Assembly (NCBI GenBank): GCA_904501625.1
Contig: CAJGBR010000001.1
Coordinates: 2,589-66,588 of the forward strand
Reading direction: 5' to 3'
Source: an uncultured Rikenellaceae bacterium
Lineage (GTDB): Bacteria; Bacteroidota; Bacteroidia; Bacteroidales; Rikenellaceae
DNA length: 64,000 nucleotides
The notes under the pieces are model-generated. The model ran no database searches. It saw only the letters and a program-made list of their open reading frames with translations, and was not told the origin of the DNA. The position numbers and the translations under genes were made by a program. Shown piece after piece: positions 28,270 through 36,991 of this stretch. How positions within the stretch are numbered: position 1 is the first letter of the stretch; each line of letters opens with the position of its first letter.

Positions 28270-29064
28270 ATGAAGAAATTTCTGATTTCAATTTTAGTAA
28301 TCTCACTTTGGGGTTCGTGTTCTCCCATCAAAGATGTCGCTTATTTTCAAGACATCAATCAAGACCAACAAATATCAACAGCAATTCAAGCTAAAACAAT
28401 AAAAATTCAACCCGAAGATAAACTTACAATTATTGTCAGCGGAAAAGATTCAGAGTTGGCCAATAAGTTCAACTCATTACTCTACTCTACCCGTGCAGGA
28501 AACCAGACTGATTCATTCACAGGATCTCAACAGATTTCAAAATACACGGTCGACGAAAAAGGTTATATTGACTTCCCAATTATCGGTAATATATTTGTCA
28601 ATGGAATGACTCGTTTACAAATTGCCGAAAAAATCAAGACCCTATTGATCGAACAAGAGCTAATCAGCAATCCGATTGTGACTGTAGAATTCGAAAATCT
28701 GACATTCTCAGTCTTGGGCGAAGTGGAAAATCCGGGACGATACAATATCACTAAAGACCATCTCACGCTGCTTGATGCAATCAGTATGGCAGGCGACCTC
28801 AAAATTACAGGTAAGCGCACCGACATCATAGTACTCAGAAATGAAGATAATCAACAAAAATCGTATAAAATAAATCTTTGCTCGGCGAACGAATTATATT
28901 CATCTCCGGCATTCTACCTCAAACAAAATGACGTAGTATATATCCAACCTAACGATATGAGAACCAGACAATCTACAATTAATGGCAATAATGTTCGGTC
29001 ATCATCATTCTGGATTTCGCTGGCATCACTGCTCACTTCAGTTACTATGCTTTTTGTTAAATAA
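28270..29064 (+). CDS. wza: Polysaccharide export outer-membrane protein (Wza-like; Poly_export plus SLBB)
   Basis: Lipoprotein-like signal (WGSCS). Includes I.PEDKLTI.V, G.I.FP..G...V.G.T..Q....I and V.V.GEV..PG.Y. Confidence 0.85.
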   Translation: MKKFLISILVISLWGSCSPIKDVAYFQDINQDQQISTAIQAKTIKIQPEDKLTIIVSGKDSELANKFNSLLYSTRAGNQTDSFTGSQQISKYTVDEKGYIDFPIIGNIFVNGMTRLQIAEKIKTLLIEQELISNPIVTVEFENLTFSVLGEVENPGRYNITKDHLTLLDAISMAGDLKITGKRTDIIVLRNEDNQQKSYKINLCSANELYSSPAFYLKQNDVVYIQPNDMRTRQSTINGNNVRSSSFWISLASLLTSVTMLFVK

Positions 29065-29082
29065 CGTATACTCCCAACCGAT

Positions 29083-31413
29083 ATGTACACTCAACAAAAC
29101 GACAATAACGAACAGATAAACAATTCAATAACTATTCAGGAGTTCTATCTGATCTGTAAATCACACTGGAAACTATTTGTCGGATCTATTATTATTTCTC
29201 TGGCCATAGCATTCCTTTATCTATCTGTTGTTCAACCTATATACACACGAACTGCGACTATTTTGGTTAAAGACAACGACAGAGACAAATCCATAAACGG
29301 TCTATCTTTATCTGAAATGGGCCTGACCAGCGGATCAATAAACCTTAATAACGAACTCATCATATTCAGATCACTGACTATGATGCAGAATGTCGTGAAA
29401 CACTTGAACCTAACAACTCAGTATGAGGAGACAAAAGCACTTCGCAAAAATGTCCTTTATGGCAAGAATCTGCCTGTAAACGTTATGATTACAGGTATTC
29501 CCGAAGAACTCAGCATACAGTTCGAAATGAAAATCAATGATGACAAAAATGTCACATTATCAAAATTCGTTCGCGGGAAAGACAAAATCTCTTCAGACCC
29601 AATCACGTGCCAATTCGACCAGGCCATCACTACTCCCATCGGGAAATTGGTTGTCACTAAAACCGAAACTTTTGAACCTGAACGTACGATTACAGTCTAC
29701 CGCAAAGGTCTATACAGAACGACTAACGAATTTATGAAAAAACTCTCTGTCGTAAGACACGACAAAATATCAACTGTCGTAGACCTCACAATGAACGACT
29801 ACTCGAACGAACGTGCAGACGATGTACTCAATAGTCTGATTTCAATCTACAATGAAAACTGGCTCAACGATAAAAACCGTGTAGCAATCAATACAGCCAA
29901 GTTCATTGACAATCGTCTTAAGTCCCTCAAATTCGAACTCGATAGTGTCGACCAGGCAATATCATCATTCAAAAGCGAAAACTTGATTCCTGATATTGAG
30001 GCTGCATCTAATATCTATATGCACAAAAGCGATCGTGCCGATGCTGAATTAATGGCTCTGAACAATCGTCTATATATGTGTAATTATATCCTCGATTACA
30101 TCAAACAGAATCCTGACGAGCTGATGCCTGCAACAACAGGTATGGATAACAGTACCATCGAATCGCTTATCAGCGAGTTCAACACTAAAATGATGCGTCG
30201 AAATCGCTGGGTACTCAACAGTAGCGAACGAAACCCTTTGGTGAAAGATATTGACCAAGAACTTAATTCGGTTCGCAACTCAATCGTCGAATCAATAAAA
30301 ACTCAGATTCTGACCCTTAACACCCAAATTCAGAACATTAATAAAGAGAATTCTCAAAACACGACCAAGATTGCAGCAAGTCCGAATCAGGCTGCCTACC
30401 TCATCTCCGTCGAACGACTCCAGAAAGTCAAGGAATCTCTCTACTTCTATTTGTTGCAAAAACTCGAAGAGACTCAACTCAATCAGGTATTCTCAGCATA
30501 TAACACAAACGTGATTACAAGTCCTCACGGTACTCGTATTCCGACTTCTCCGAGAAGAATGATTTTTATATTTATGGCATTGGTTTTCGGCGTAGGAGCT
30601 CCGATAGTGTTCCTCTATCTCAAGGAGACACTCAATACCAAAGTTCGCAATCGCGAAGACCTGAAACATCTTTCGATACCAATTATCGGGGAAATTCCGA
30701 CTCATACCGAAAAAAGAGGTCTTAAACTCATTAATAAAAATTCTGACAACTACGAAATTGTCGTTGAACAAACTAACCGCAACGTCATCAATGAAGCATT
30801 CCGTGTACTGAGAACAAATGTCGACTTTATGATGACTAAGAATTCATCAGCAAACGTATTAATATTCACCTCTTTCAATCCAGGTAGCGGAAAATCATTC
30901 ATCTCAATGAATATGGCAGTCAGCCTCGCTATCAAAGGTAAGAAGATTCTGGTTATCGATGGTGACCTCAGACGAGGTTCACTCTCAGGATATGTCGGTT
31001 CTCCACAAAAGGGTATTTCAAACTACCTGGCTCAGCAAACCGATGACATCAGCAAGTTGATTATACCAATGGAAGGTCACGAAAAATTGCACATACTGCC
31101 CGTTGGAACCATTCCTCCAAATCCGACTGAACTGATTGAAACTCAGAGATTCAAGGAACTAATAAACTCACTCCGAGATAAGTACGAATATATAATCATT
31201 GATTGTCCTCCAATCAACATCGTAGCCGATACACAAATCATCGAAATGGTTGCCGACAGAACAATGTTTATTATTCGTGCAGGCCTTATGGATCGTAATT
31301 TGCTGCCTGAACTCGAACGAATCTATCGTAACAATGTCTACAAGAATATGTCAATTATTATGAATGCGACCACTTCGAACGAACGATATGGTTATGGTTA
31401 CTACAAAAACTAG
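29083..31413 (+). CDS. wzc: Polysaccharide co-polymerase / BY-kinase (Wzc/GumC-like tyrosine autokinase)
   Basis: Two transmembrane segments flank a long coiled periplasmic region. Walker A SFNPGSGKSF, Walker B IIIDCPP, and a Tyr-rich C-terminal tail (ERYGYGYYKN). Confidence 0.88.
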   Translation: MYTQQNDNNEQINNSITIQEFYLICKSHWKLFVGSIIISLAIAFLYLSVVQPIYTRTATILVKDNDRDKSINGLSLSEMGLTSGSINLNNELIIFRSLTMMQNVVKHLNLTTQYEETKALRKNVLYGKNLPVNVMITGIPEELSIQFEMKINDDKNVTLSKFVRGKDKISSDPITCQFDQAITTPIGKLVVTKTETFEPERTITVYRKGLYRTTNEFMKKLSVVRHDKISTVVDLTMNDYSNERADDVLNSLISIYNENWLNDKNRVAINTAKFIDNRLKSLKFELDSVDQAISSFKSENLIPDIEAASNIYMHKSDRADAELMALNNRLYMCNYILDYIKQNPDELMPATTGMDNSTIESLISEFNTKMMRRNRWVLNSSERNPLVKDIDQELNSVRNSIVESIKTQILTLNTQIQNINKENSQNTTKIAASPNQAAYLISVERLQKVKESLYFYLLQKLEETQLNQVFSAYNTNVITSPHGTRIPTSPRRMIFIFMALVFGVGAPIVFLYLKETLNTKVRNREDLKHLSIPIIGEIPTHTEKRGLKLINKNSDNYEIVVEQTNRNVINEAFRVLRTNVDFMMTKNSSANVLIFTSFNPGSGKSFISMNMAVSLAIKGKKILVIDGDLRRGSLSGYVGSPQKGISNYLAQQTDDISKLIIPMEGHEKLHILPVGTIPPNPTELIETQRFKELINSLRDKYEYIIIDCPPINIVADTQIIEMVADRTMFIIRAGLMDRNLLPELERIYRNNVYKNMSIIMNATTSNERYGYGYYKN

Positions 31414-31419
31414 TTGCAT

Positions 31420-32133
31420 ATGTGGCCATTCTCAAAGAAGATTTCGCTAAATGAACAGCATCTGCTGACAGCCTGGACCGACCATCACACCCACCTCTTG
31501 TATGGGGTAGATGATGGTGTAAAGACTATCGATGAATCGCTGACAACTCTGACCGAGTATGAAAATCTCGGCATTCAGGAGATTTGGTGTACACCTCATA
31601 TTATGGAAGACATTCCAAACACGACAGAGATTCTGCTCAATAGATTCAACGAACTAAAACAAGCCTATTCTGGCAAAATCAAGTTACACTTGGCCGCTGA
31701 GTATATGATTGATAATCTTTTCAGCGAACGTCTTGATAATAAGGATTTGTTGCCCATTGCAGGTGTAAATCTGTTGGTAGAGACATCTTATTATAATCCG
31801 CCTCTCGATTTCGAATTCACAATAAAACGGGTTAAATCATTGGGATTCCATCCACTGCTGGCACACCCAGAACGATACAGGTATATGACACAAGATTATT
31901 ACCTGAAACTCAAAAAAGAGTTTAATGTGAAATTCCAATTGAATCTTGCATCGTTGTTCGGGCTGTATGGTCAGAGTGCAAAAAACAATGCAGAATGGTT
32001 GCTCAAACAAAATTTGTATAACGTTGCCGGATCTGATATGCACAACGTACTGATACTGAAAAAGATTGGAGAGAGTACATTCTCTACAGATACGATCAAA
32101 CGACTGACAGAACTATTACAGAAAAAATTGTAG
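31420..32133 (+). CDS. CpsB/CapC-type (PHP family) protein-tyrosine phosphatase
   Basis: DHHTHLLYGVDDG is the N-terminal metal motif, with CTPH and AHPERY also present. Directly downstream of the BY-kinase. The ATG at 31420 is preferred over the TTG at 31414. Confidence 0.82.
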   Translation: MWPFSKKISLNEQHLLTAWTDHHTHLLYGVDDGVKTIDESLTTLTEYENLGIQEIWCTPHIMEDIPNTTEILLNRFNELKQAYSGKIKLHLAAEYMIDNLFSERLDNKDLLPIAGVNLLVETSYYNPPLDFEFTIKRVKSLGFHPLLAHPERYRYMTQDYYLKLKKEFNVKFQLNLASLFGLYGQSAKNNAEWLLKQNLYNVAGSDMHNVLILKKIGESTFSTDTIKRLTELLQKKL

Positions 32134-32178
32134 TTCTGACTCTATCTTCACTTACAACTAGACTCAACATTATTATAC

Positions 32179-32215
32179 AAAAAAAGAACTCCGCCTGATG
32201 TAGACGGAGTTTTTC
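32179..32215. terminator. Bidirectional terminator between the cpsB-like gene (+) and rpmH (-)
   Basis: AACTCCG (32187-32193) pairs with CGGAGTT (32205-32211), with an A-run before and a T-run after. Confidence 0.75.
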
Positions 32216-32255
32216 TTTCGATTTCGTAACACCTCTAATGTGTCACACTCGGATT

Positions 32256-32411
32256 CTAACGGTGACGCAATTCGCTTGATACAGTCAATTTTTTGCGACC
32301 TTTAGCACGACGTGCTGCCAAAACTTTGCGACCATTTACAGTCGACATTCTTTCACGGAATCCGTGTTTATTTCTTCTTTTTCTTTGTGAAGGCTGAAAT
32401 GTCCTTTTCAT
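32256..32411 (-). CDS. rpmH: 50S ribosomal protein L34 (not in the supplied ORF track; 51 aa)
   Basis: Manual translation of the minus strand gives [51 protein letters not shown], the canonical bL34 sequence. Confidence 0.95.
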   Translation of the reverse strand: MKRTFQPSQRKRRNKHGFRERMSTVNGRKVLAARRAKGRKKLTVSSELRHR

Positions 32412-32453
32412 AGTTACTATATTTTATTAGTTTTTATTCCACTTTGCGAGGTG

Positions 32454-32485
32454 CAAAGGTAAACTATTTTTTGTTTTTTACCAAA
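32454..32485 (-). promoter_or_regulatory. Bacteroidetes promoter for rpmH
   Basis: On the minus strand: TTTG (32485-32482), 20 nt spacer, TACCTTTG (32461-32454), 42 nt upstream of the rpmH ATG. Confidence 0.7.
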
Positions 32486-32507
32486 TTTTTTACTCTTTTT
32501 CGCAATT

Positions 32508-34961
32508 TTACTTTTGCATTTGGGTTATATCCGCACTATCATCTTGAGAATCACCAATCAGGTGGCGACAGAAATAATCACCCATTTTCCAGAAGAAATA
32601 CTCATTCATCTGACCGAAACTGTGACGTTGACCCGGCAGTAAAACATATTCAAAACGCTTTCCGGCTTTAATCAAAGCATCAACAACTCGGATTGTATTT
32701 GCAGGGTTCACATTATTATCCATATCTCCTGTGACCAACATCAGATGACCTTTCAAACGAGGTGCTAATTCTGAATTACCCTTGATCGAGTAACGGAATG
32801 TTGTATCACCCTTTTCAGAGATTGACTCAGTTACACCGTGGTGTTTCTCACTCCACCAACGATTGTAGATACTATTTTCGTGGTTTCCGGCACAAGACAC
32901 TGCCACCTTAAAGAAGTTAGGATAGCTCAAAATTGCTGCCGTAGACATAAATCCACCACCTGAGTGTCCGTGAATTCCGACCTTGTTTATATCAATAAAT
33001 TTGTGTCGTGCAGCAAGTTGTCTAACAGCTTCAACCTTATCTGCAAGTCCGTAATCTCTCAAGTTACCGTAGCCATAATTATGATACCATTTCGAACGTG
33101 AAGGGTGTCCACCTCGGTTACCAACTGTGACCACAATAAATCCAAACTGAGCCAAACGGTCTGTTCTGATTGAGAAATTAAAACGGCTGTCTACAGCTTC
33201 AGTCTGCGGACCCGGATATACATACTCAATAATCGGATACAATTTTGTCGAATCAAAATCATATGGTTTATACATTACTCCATAGAGGTCTGTGATTCCG
33301 TCTGCAGCCTTAACTTTAAATGCTTCAGGATAACGGTAACCAGCAGCAAGCAACGACGACATATCGGCAGTCTCAAGATCCATTAACTTATTACCGGCAC
33401 GATCATACAACGCACTCGCAGGTGCTCGGTCGACACGTGAATGATTATCAATAAACCAGCGGCTATCATCATCTGTCTGAATCGAGTGGTCGGCATCACC
33501 TGGAGTCAACAACGTAACTGCACCACCATTAAGACTAACCTTATACAAATGCAAATAGTAAGGATTTTCATTCTTTTCGCGACCATTTGCAGTAAAATAC
33601 ACCTCGTTTGCAGTCTCGTCTACACCCAATATCTTTTCAACGTGATACTCTCCAGTGGTTAACTGACGAATCACATTTCCCTCATTATCATACAAATAAA
33701 GATGTGCCCAACCATCACGTTCACTCCAATGCACAAATTGTGTAAAATTCTTTATCGGTTGCATTGGGCGAACATCAACATATGTATTCATTCTTTCTTC
33801 AATCAGAGTACGAGGTTCTGCCGTAGCTACGTTCACCTCACAAATATCTATACGTTTCAAATCACGGCTCGTAATCGTCACATAGAATTTTTCATTTGTT
33901 CCCAACCACAATGAAAATTTATGTTCCTTCTTATGAGCATCAAGTTGTAATGCAGGTTTACGATTCAGTTCTACGGTTTGGTCCTTAAATCTTGACAAAT
34001 CGACCTCTTTACGAATCTTGGTTGCCACATCAAACAGGTACAAATGATAAGGTATTCCCTTCTCACCTGGCATCATATATTTATATTCCTCAAGTTTAGG
34101 ACGAGGAGTTGACAATGAATTAATCACCCAGAAATTTTTAATCTTACGTTGATCTCTCACCACTGTTACAAAATGTTTCGAATCAGGAGACCATACAACT
34201 GATACGTTTCTGCGTTTTGATTTTTCTTCTTTGATTTTCTTTTCATCAAACTCTTCACTGTCATCATATCCACCACCAAATTGGAAGTGACGTTCGCCAT
34301 CTTTTGTCAACTGATGCTCAACGACAGTCGAGTCTTTCGAATTTCGTTTGAGTTTCTCGTAGTCTTCACGATTCATCATATAAAGATTATATTCACGAGA
34401 GAACAAGATTGTCTGACCATCAGGAGAAAAACTTGCCCAATTCAAATCAGCAGTATCTTTCTTATACTCAATCTCTTTCAGCAAACGACCTACTATATCG
34501 TACTCAAATCTAAAAGTTTTTGTTTCAGATTTAATTTTACCCGTACTATCTTTTTTGTACTCTTTTTTTGTACTACTCAAATCGAACGTAAATTTCTTTC
34601 CATCTTCCGAGAATTTGAAAGTCATTTTAGGCAGATGTTGTGCATCATACGGATCACCCGTAATTCGCGTAAGGTCAGCTGCCATCTGCACCTCGTCGAA
34701 CAGGGGTTTGCGTTCGCGTTTGGCAGGTGCAACCAACCAATATTTTGTTCCGTTTGATGTTCGATACTGATACCAGAATTGTTGACCGTCACCAATCCAG
34801 TTCGGAGTGACAGAGGTGCTATATATCAGATTTTTCATCCTGTCCGTCGAGAATTGTGCGGGCAGATCATAGTTGCTCTTTCTAATAGGCTCATTAGCTT
34901 GCAGAACAACACTCGGCAATAACATAGCCGATGCAACAAAGGTGAGTAATTTTAATTTCAT
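32508..34961 (-). CDS. S9-family serine peptidase (DPP-IV-type beta-propeller plus alpha/beta hydrolase domain), secreted
   Basis: Signal peptide. Nucleophile motif GHSGGGFMS. The C-terminal region has D...N (GDMDNNV) and LPGQRH for the catalytic Asp and His. 817 aa. Confidence 0.88.
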   Translation of the reverse strand: MKLKLLTFVASAMLLPSVVLQANEPIRKSNYDLPAQFSTDRMKNLIYSTSVTPNWIGDGQQFWYQYRTSNGTKYWLVAPAKRERKPLFDEVQMAADLTRITGDPYDAQHLPKMTFKFSEDGKKFTFDLSSTKKEYKKDSTGKIKSETKTFRFEYDIVGRLLKEIEYKKDTADLNWASFSPDGQTILFSREYNLYMMNREDYEKLKRNSKDSTVVEHQLTKDGERHFQFGGGYDDSEEFDEKKIKEEKSKRRNVSVVWSPDSKHFVTVVRDQRKIKNFWVINSLSTPRPKLEEYKYMMPGEKGIPYHLYLFDVATKIRKEVDLSRFKDQTVELNRKPALQLDAHKKEHKFSLWLGTNEKFYVTITSRDLKRIDICEVNVATAEPRTLIEERMNTYVDVRPMQPIKNFTQFVHWSERDGWAHLYLYDNEGNVIRQLTTGEYHVEKILGVDETANEVYFTANGREKNENPYYLHLYKVSLNGGAVTLLTPGDADHSIQTDDDSRWFIDNHSRVDRAPASALYDRAGNKLMDLETADMSSLLAAGYRYPEAFKVKAADGITDLYGVMYKPYDFDSTKLYPIIEYVYPGPQTEAVDSRFNFSIRTDRLAQFGFIVVTVGNRGGHPSRSKWYHNYGYGNLRDYGLADKVEAVRQLAARHKFIDINKVGIHGHSGGGFMSTAAILSYPNFFKVAVSCAGNHENSIYNRWWSEKHHGVTESISEKGDTTFRYSIKGNSELAPRLKGHLMLVTGDMDNNVNPANTIRVVDALIKAGKRFEYVLLPGQRHSFGQMNEYFFWKMGDYFCRHLIGDSQDDSADITQMQK

Positions 34962-34995
34962 ATAAACTATTTTATTACATTTTTCTTTTAAGCCA

Positions 34996-35003
34996 CAAAA
35001 TTA
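34996..35003 (-). promoter_or_regulatory. Possible -7 box (TAATTTTG on the minus strand) for the S9 peptidase gene
   Basis: Plus-strand CAAAATTA, 35 nt upstream of the ATG at 34961. Confidence 0.45.
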
Positions 35004-35029
35004 CACTTTTTTTATGAATTAACCTTTCT

Positions 35030-35072
35030 CACAACAAAACAAAAAGTGGACATCCACTGAAGAATGTCCACT
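35030..35072 (-). terminator. Rho-independent terminator after aspA
   Basis: AGTGGACAT (35045-35053) pairs with ATGTCCACT (35064-35072). On the minus strand it is followed by TTTTTGTTTTG. Confidence 0.8.
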
Positions 35073-35100
35073 CAATAGTTATTTAAAAATTAAGCCTCGA

Positions 35101-36540
35101 TTATTTACCTTTAGGCATTTTGCGAGGTTTAACCATATTTTCAGGTTTCAAAATTTTGTCCAATTCATCTTTAGCCATCAAACCTTGTTCGAGTACCAAG
35201 TCATAGACTCCGCAACCTGAAACCAAAGCTTCCTTAGCCAATACAGTTGAAGTTTCATAGCCCAGATATGGATTCAATGCAGTCACCAAACCGATGCTGT
35301 TGTAAACCATATTCTTCAGGTGTTCTACGTTTGCAGTGATACCGTTGATACAACGTTCACGCAAAGTATTCATACCATTAATCAACATTTCGATTGATTC
35401 GAAGATACTTTGTACGATAACCGGTTCCATAACGTTGAGTTCCAACTGACCAGCTTCAGCTGCGAAAGTTACTGTCAAGTCATTACCGATAACCTTGAAT
35501 GCGATTTGGTTAACAACTTCCGGAATAACAGGATTAACCTTACCTGGCATAATTGATGAACCTGGTTGCATCGGAGGCAAATTGATTTCGCCCAAACCTG
35601 TACGAGGACCTGATGACATCAAACGCAAGTCGTTACAGATTTTTGAAAGTTTCACTGCCAAACGTTTAACGGCTGACGAGTAGATAACATAAGAACCTGT
35701 ATCGTTAGTTGCTTCGATCATATTGCTTGCAGCAACAATCGGCATACCTGTGAGTTCACACAAGTGTTTGATACACAACGGTGTGTAGTCAGGGTCTGAG
35801 TTGATACCTGTACCGATTGCAGTTGCACCCATATTCATTTCATAGAACAATTTTGCATTTTGTTCGAGGCGTTCGATTTCTTCAGTCAGAGTAGCTGCAT
35901 AAGCGTCGAATTCTTGTCCCAAAGTTACAGGCACTGCGTCTTGCAACTGAGTACGGCCCATTTTGATAACATCTTTGAATTCTTGACCTTTAGCTTCAAA
36001 TGCAGCGATAAGGTCTTTCAATGCAGCAACGAGTTTTGGATTTGAGTTCAAAATAGCCAAACGAATTGCTGAAGGATAAGCATCGTTTGTAGATTGAGCC
36101 AAGTTTACGTGGTTATTCGGGTGGCAATATTCATATTCGCCTTTATTGTGACCCAAAATTTCGAGAGCCAAGTTTGCAATTACTTCGTTCGCGTTCATAT
36201 TTGTTGAAGTACCCGCACCACCTTGTACCATATCCACTACGAAGTGGTTGTGGAGTTCACCGTTTTCAATGCGTTTACAAGCTTCAACGATAGCATCTGC
36301 TATTTTAGCATCCATTACTCCGAGGTCTTTGTTTGCCAAAGCAGCAGCTTCTTTTACCACTGCCAATGCTTTGATAAACTCAGGATAGAAGTAAAGTCTA
36401 GATCTTGAAATGTCAAAGTTTTCGAGTGCACGCAATGTTTGAATACCAAAGTAATACTCTACAGGCACTTCTTTGTAACCCAAAAGGTCGTGTTCGGTTC
36501 TTGTTTTTCCCGAAAGTTCTGATTTAGTAATATCCATCAT
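35101..36540 (-). CDS. aspA: Aspartate ammonia-lyase
   Basis: Fumarate-lyase signature GSSIMPGKVNP, with TNMNANEVIAN and SNDAYP-like motifs. 479 aa. Confidence 0.93.
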   Translation of the reverse strand: MMDITKSELSGKTRTEHDLLGYKEVPVEYYFGIQTLRALENFDISRSRLYFYPEFIKALAVVKEAAALANKDLGVMDAKIADAIVEACKRIENGELHNHFVVDMVQGGAGTSTNMNANEVIANLALEILGHNKGEYEYCHPNNHVNLAQSTNDAYPSAIRLAILNSNPKLVAALKDLIAAFEAKGQEFKDVIKMGRTQLQDAVPVTLGQEFDAYAATLTEEIERLEQNAKLFYEMNMGATAIGTGINSDPDYTPLCIKHLCELTGMPIVAASNMIEATNDTGSYVIYSSAVKRLAVKLSKICNDLRLMSSGPRTGLGEINLPPMQPGSSIMPGKVNPVIPEVVNQIAFKVIGNDLTVTFAAEAGQLELNVMEPVIVQSIFESIEMLINGMNTLRERCINGITANVEHLKNMVYNSIGLVTALNPYLGYETSTVLAKEALVSGCGVYDLVLEQGLMAKDELDKILKPENMVKPRKMPKGK

Positions 36541-36567
36541 TTACAGATTTTGATAATTTATGATTCG

Positions 36568-36575
36568 CAAAGATA
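36568..36575 (-). promoter_or_regulatory. -7 box (TATCTTTG on the minus strand) for aspA
   Basis: Plus-strand CAAAGATA, 28 nt upstream of the ATG at 36540. Confidence 0.5.
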
Positions 36576-36639
36576 ATGTTATTTTTTTCAAAAAAGAATA
36601 GAAACGTCCAAATAATTCAAAAATCAGAGATATAAAAAG

Positions 36640-36670
36640 AAAAAAGAGATGATTTCTATAAATCATCTCT
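36640..36670 (-). terminator. Rho-independent terminator after tRNA-Asn
   Basis: AGAGATGATTT (36645-36655), loop CTAT, AAATCATCTCT (36660-36670). On the minus strand it is followed by TTTTTTCTTTTT. Confidence 0.8.
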
Positions 36671-36680
36671 TCAAGTGGTG

Positions 36681-36754
36681 CTCCTCAACTAGGACTTGAA
36701 CCTAGGACCCCCTGATTAACAGTCAGGTGCTCTAACCAACTGAGCTATTGAGGA
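36681..36754 (-). tRNA. tRNA-Asn (anticodon GTT)
   Basis: Manual cloverleaf: acceptor TCCTCAA/TTGAGGA, D arm GCTC/GAGC, anticodon arm CCTGA-CTGTTAA-TCAGG, T arm CTAGG-TTCAAGT-CCTAG, discriminator G. Confidence 0.93.
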
Positions 36755-36818
36755 ATTTTATTTTAAGCAACGATAATTCTAACACACTTAACCGCCCAAT
36801 CACCTCTCAATTGCGATG

Positions 36819-36849
36819 CAAAGATATGACAAGTTTTTTTATCTGCAAA
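36819..36849 (-). promoter_or_regulatory. Bacteroidetes promoter upstream of tRNA-Asn
   Basis: On the minus strand: TTTG (36849-36846), 19 nt spacer, TATCTTTG (36826-36819). This implies an unusually long 5' leader of about 58 nt before the mature tRNA. Confidence 0.6.
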
Positions 36850-36942
36850 ATTTTTTCAAAACTTTTTTTTATTTTTTTTAAAAATTTCTTGTTCTAACCA
36901 TTTTTCAAACCTCTAACTATTGTAAATACACCTCTATTTGTA

Positions 36943-36950
36943 TACCTTTG
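36943..36950 (+). promoter_or_regulatory. -7 box TACCTTTG upstream of the DPP-IV gene
   Basis: It lies inside the ORF-track extension from 36938. The real start is the ATG at 36992, which begins a signal peptide (MKKPLLLLVLCC). Confidence 0.5.
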
Positions 36951-36991
36951 TAGACCCTTATTTAGGAGAAATTTTTAAACTTATTAACAAT

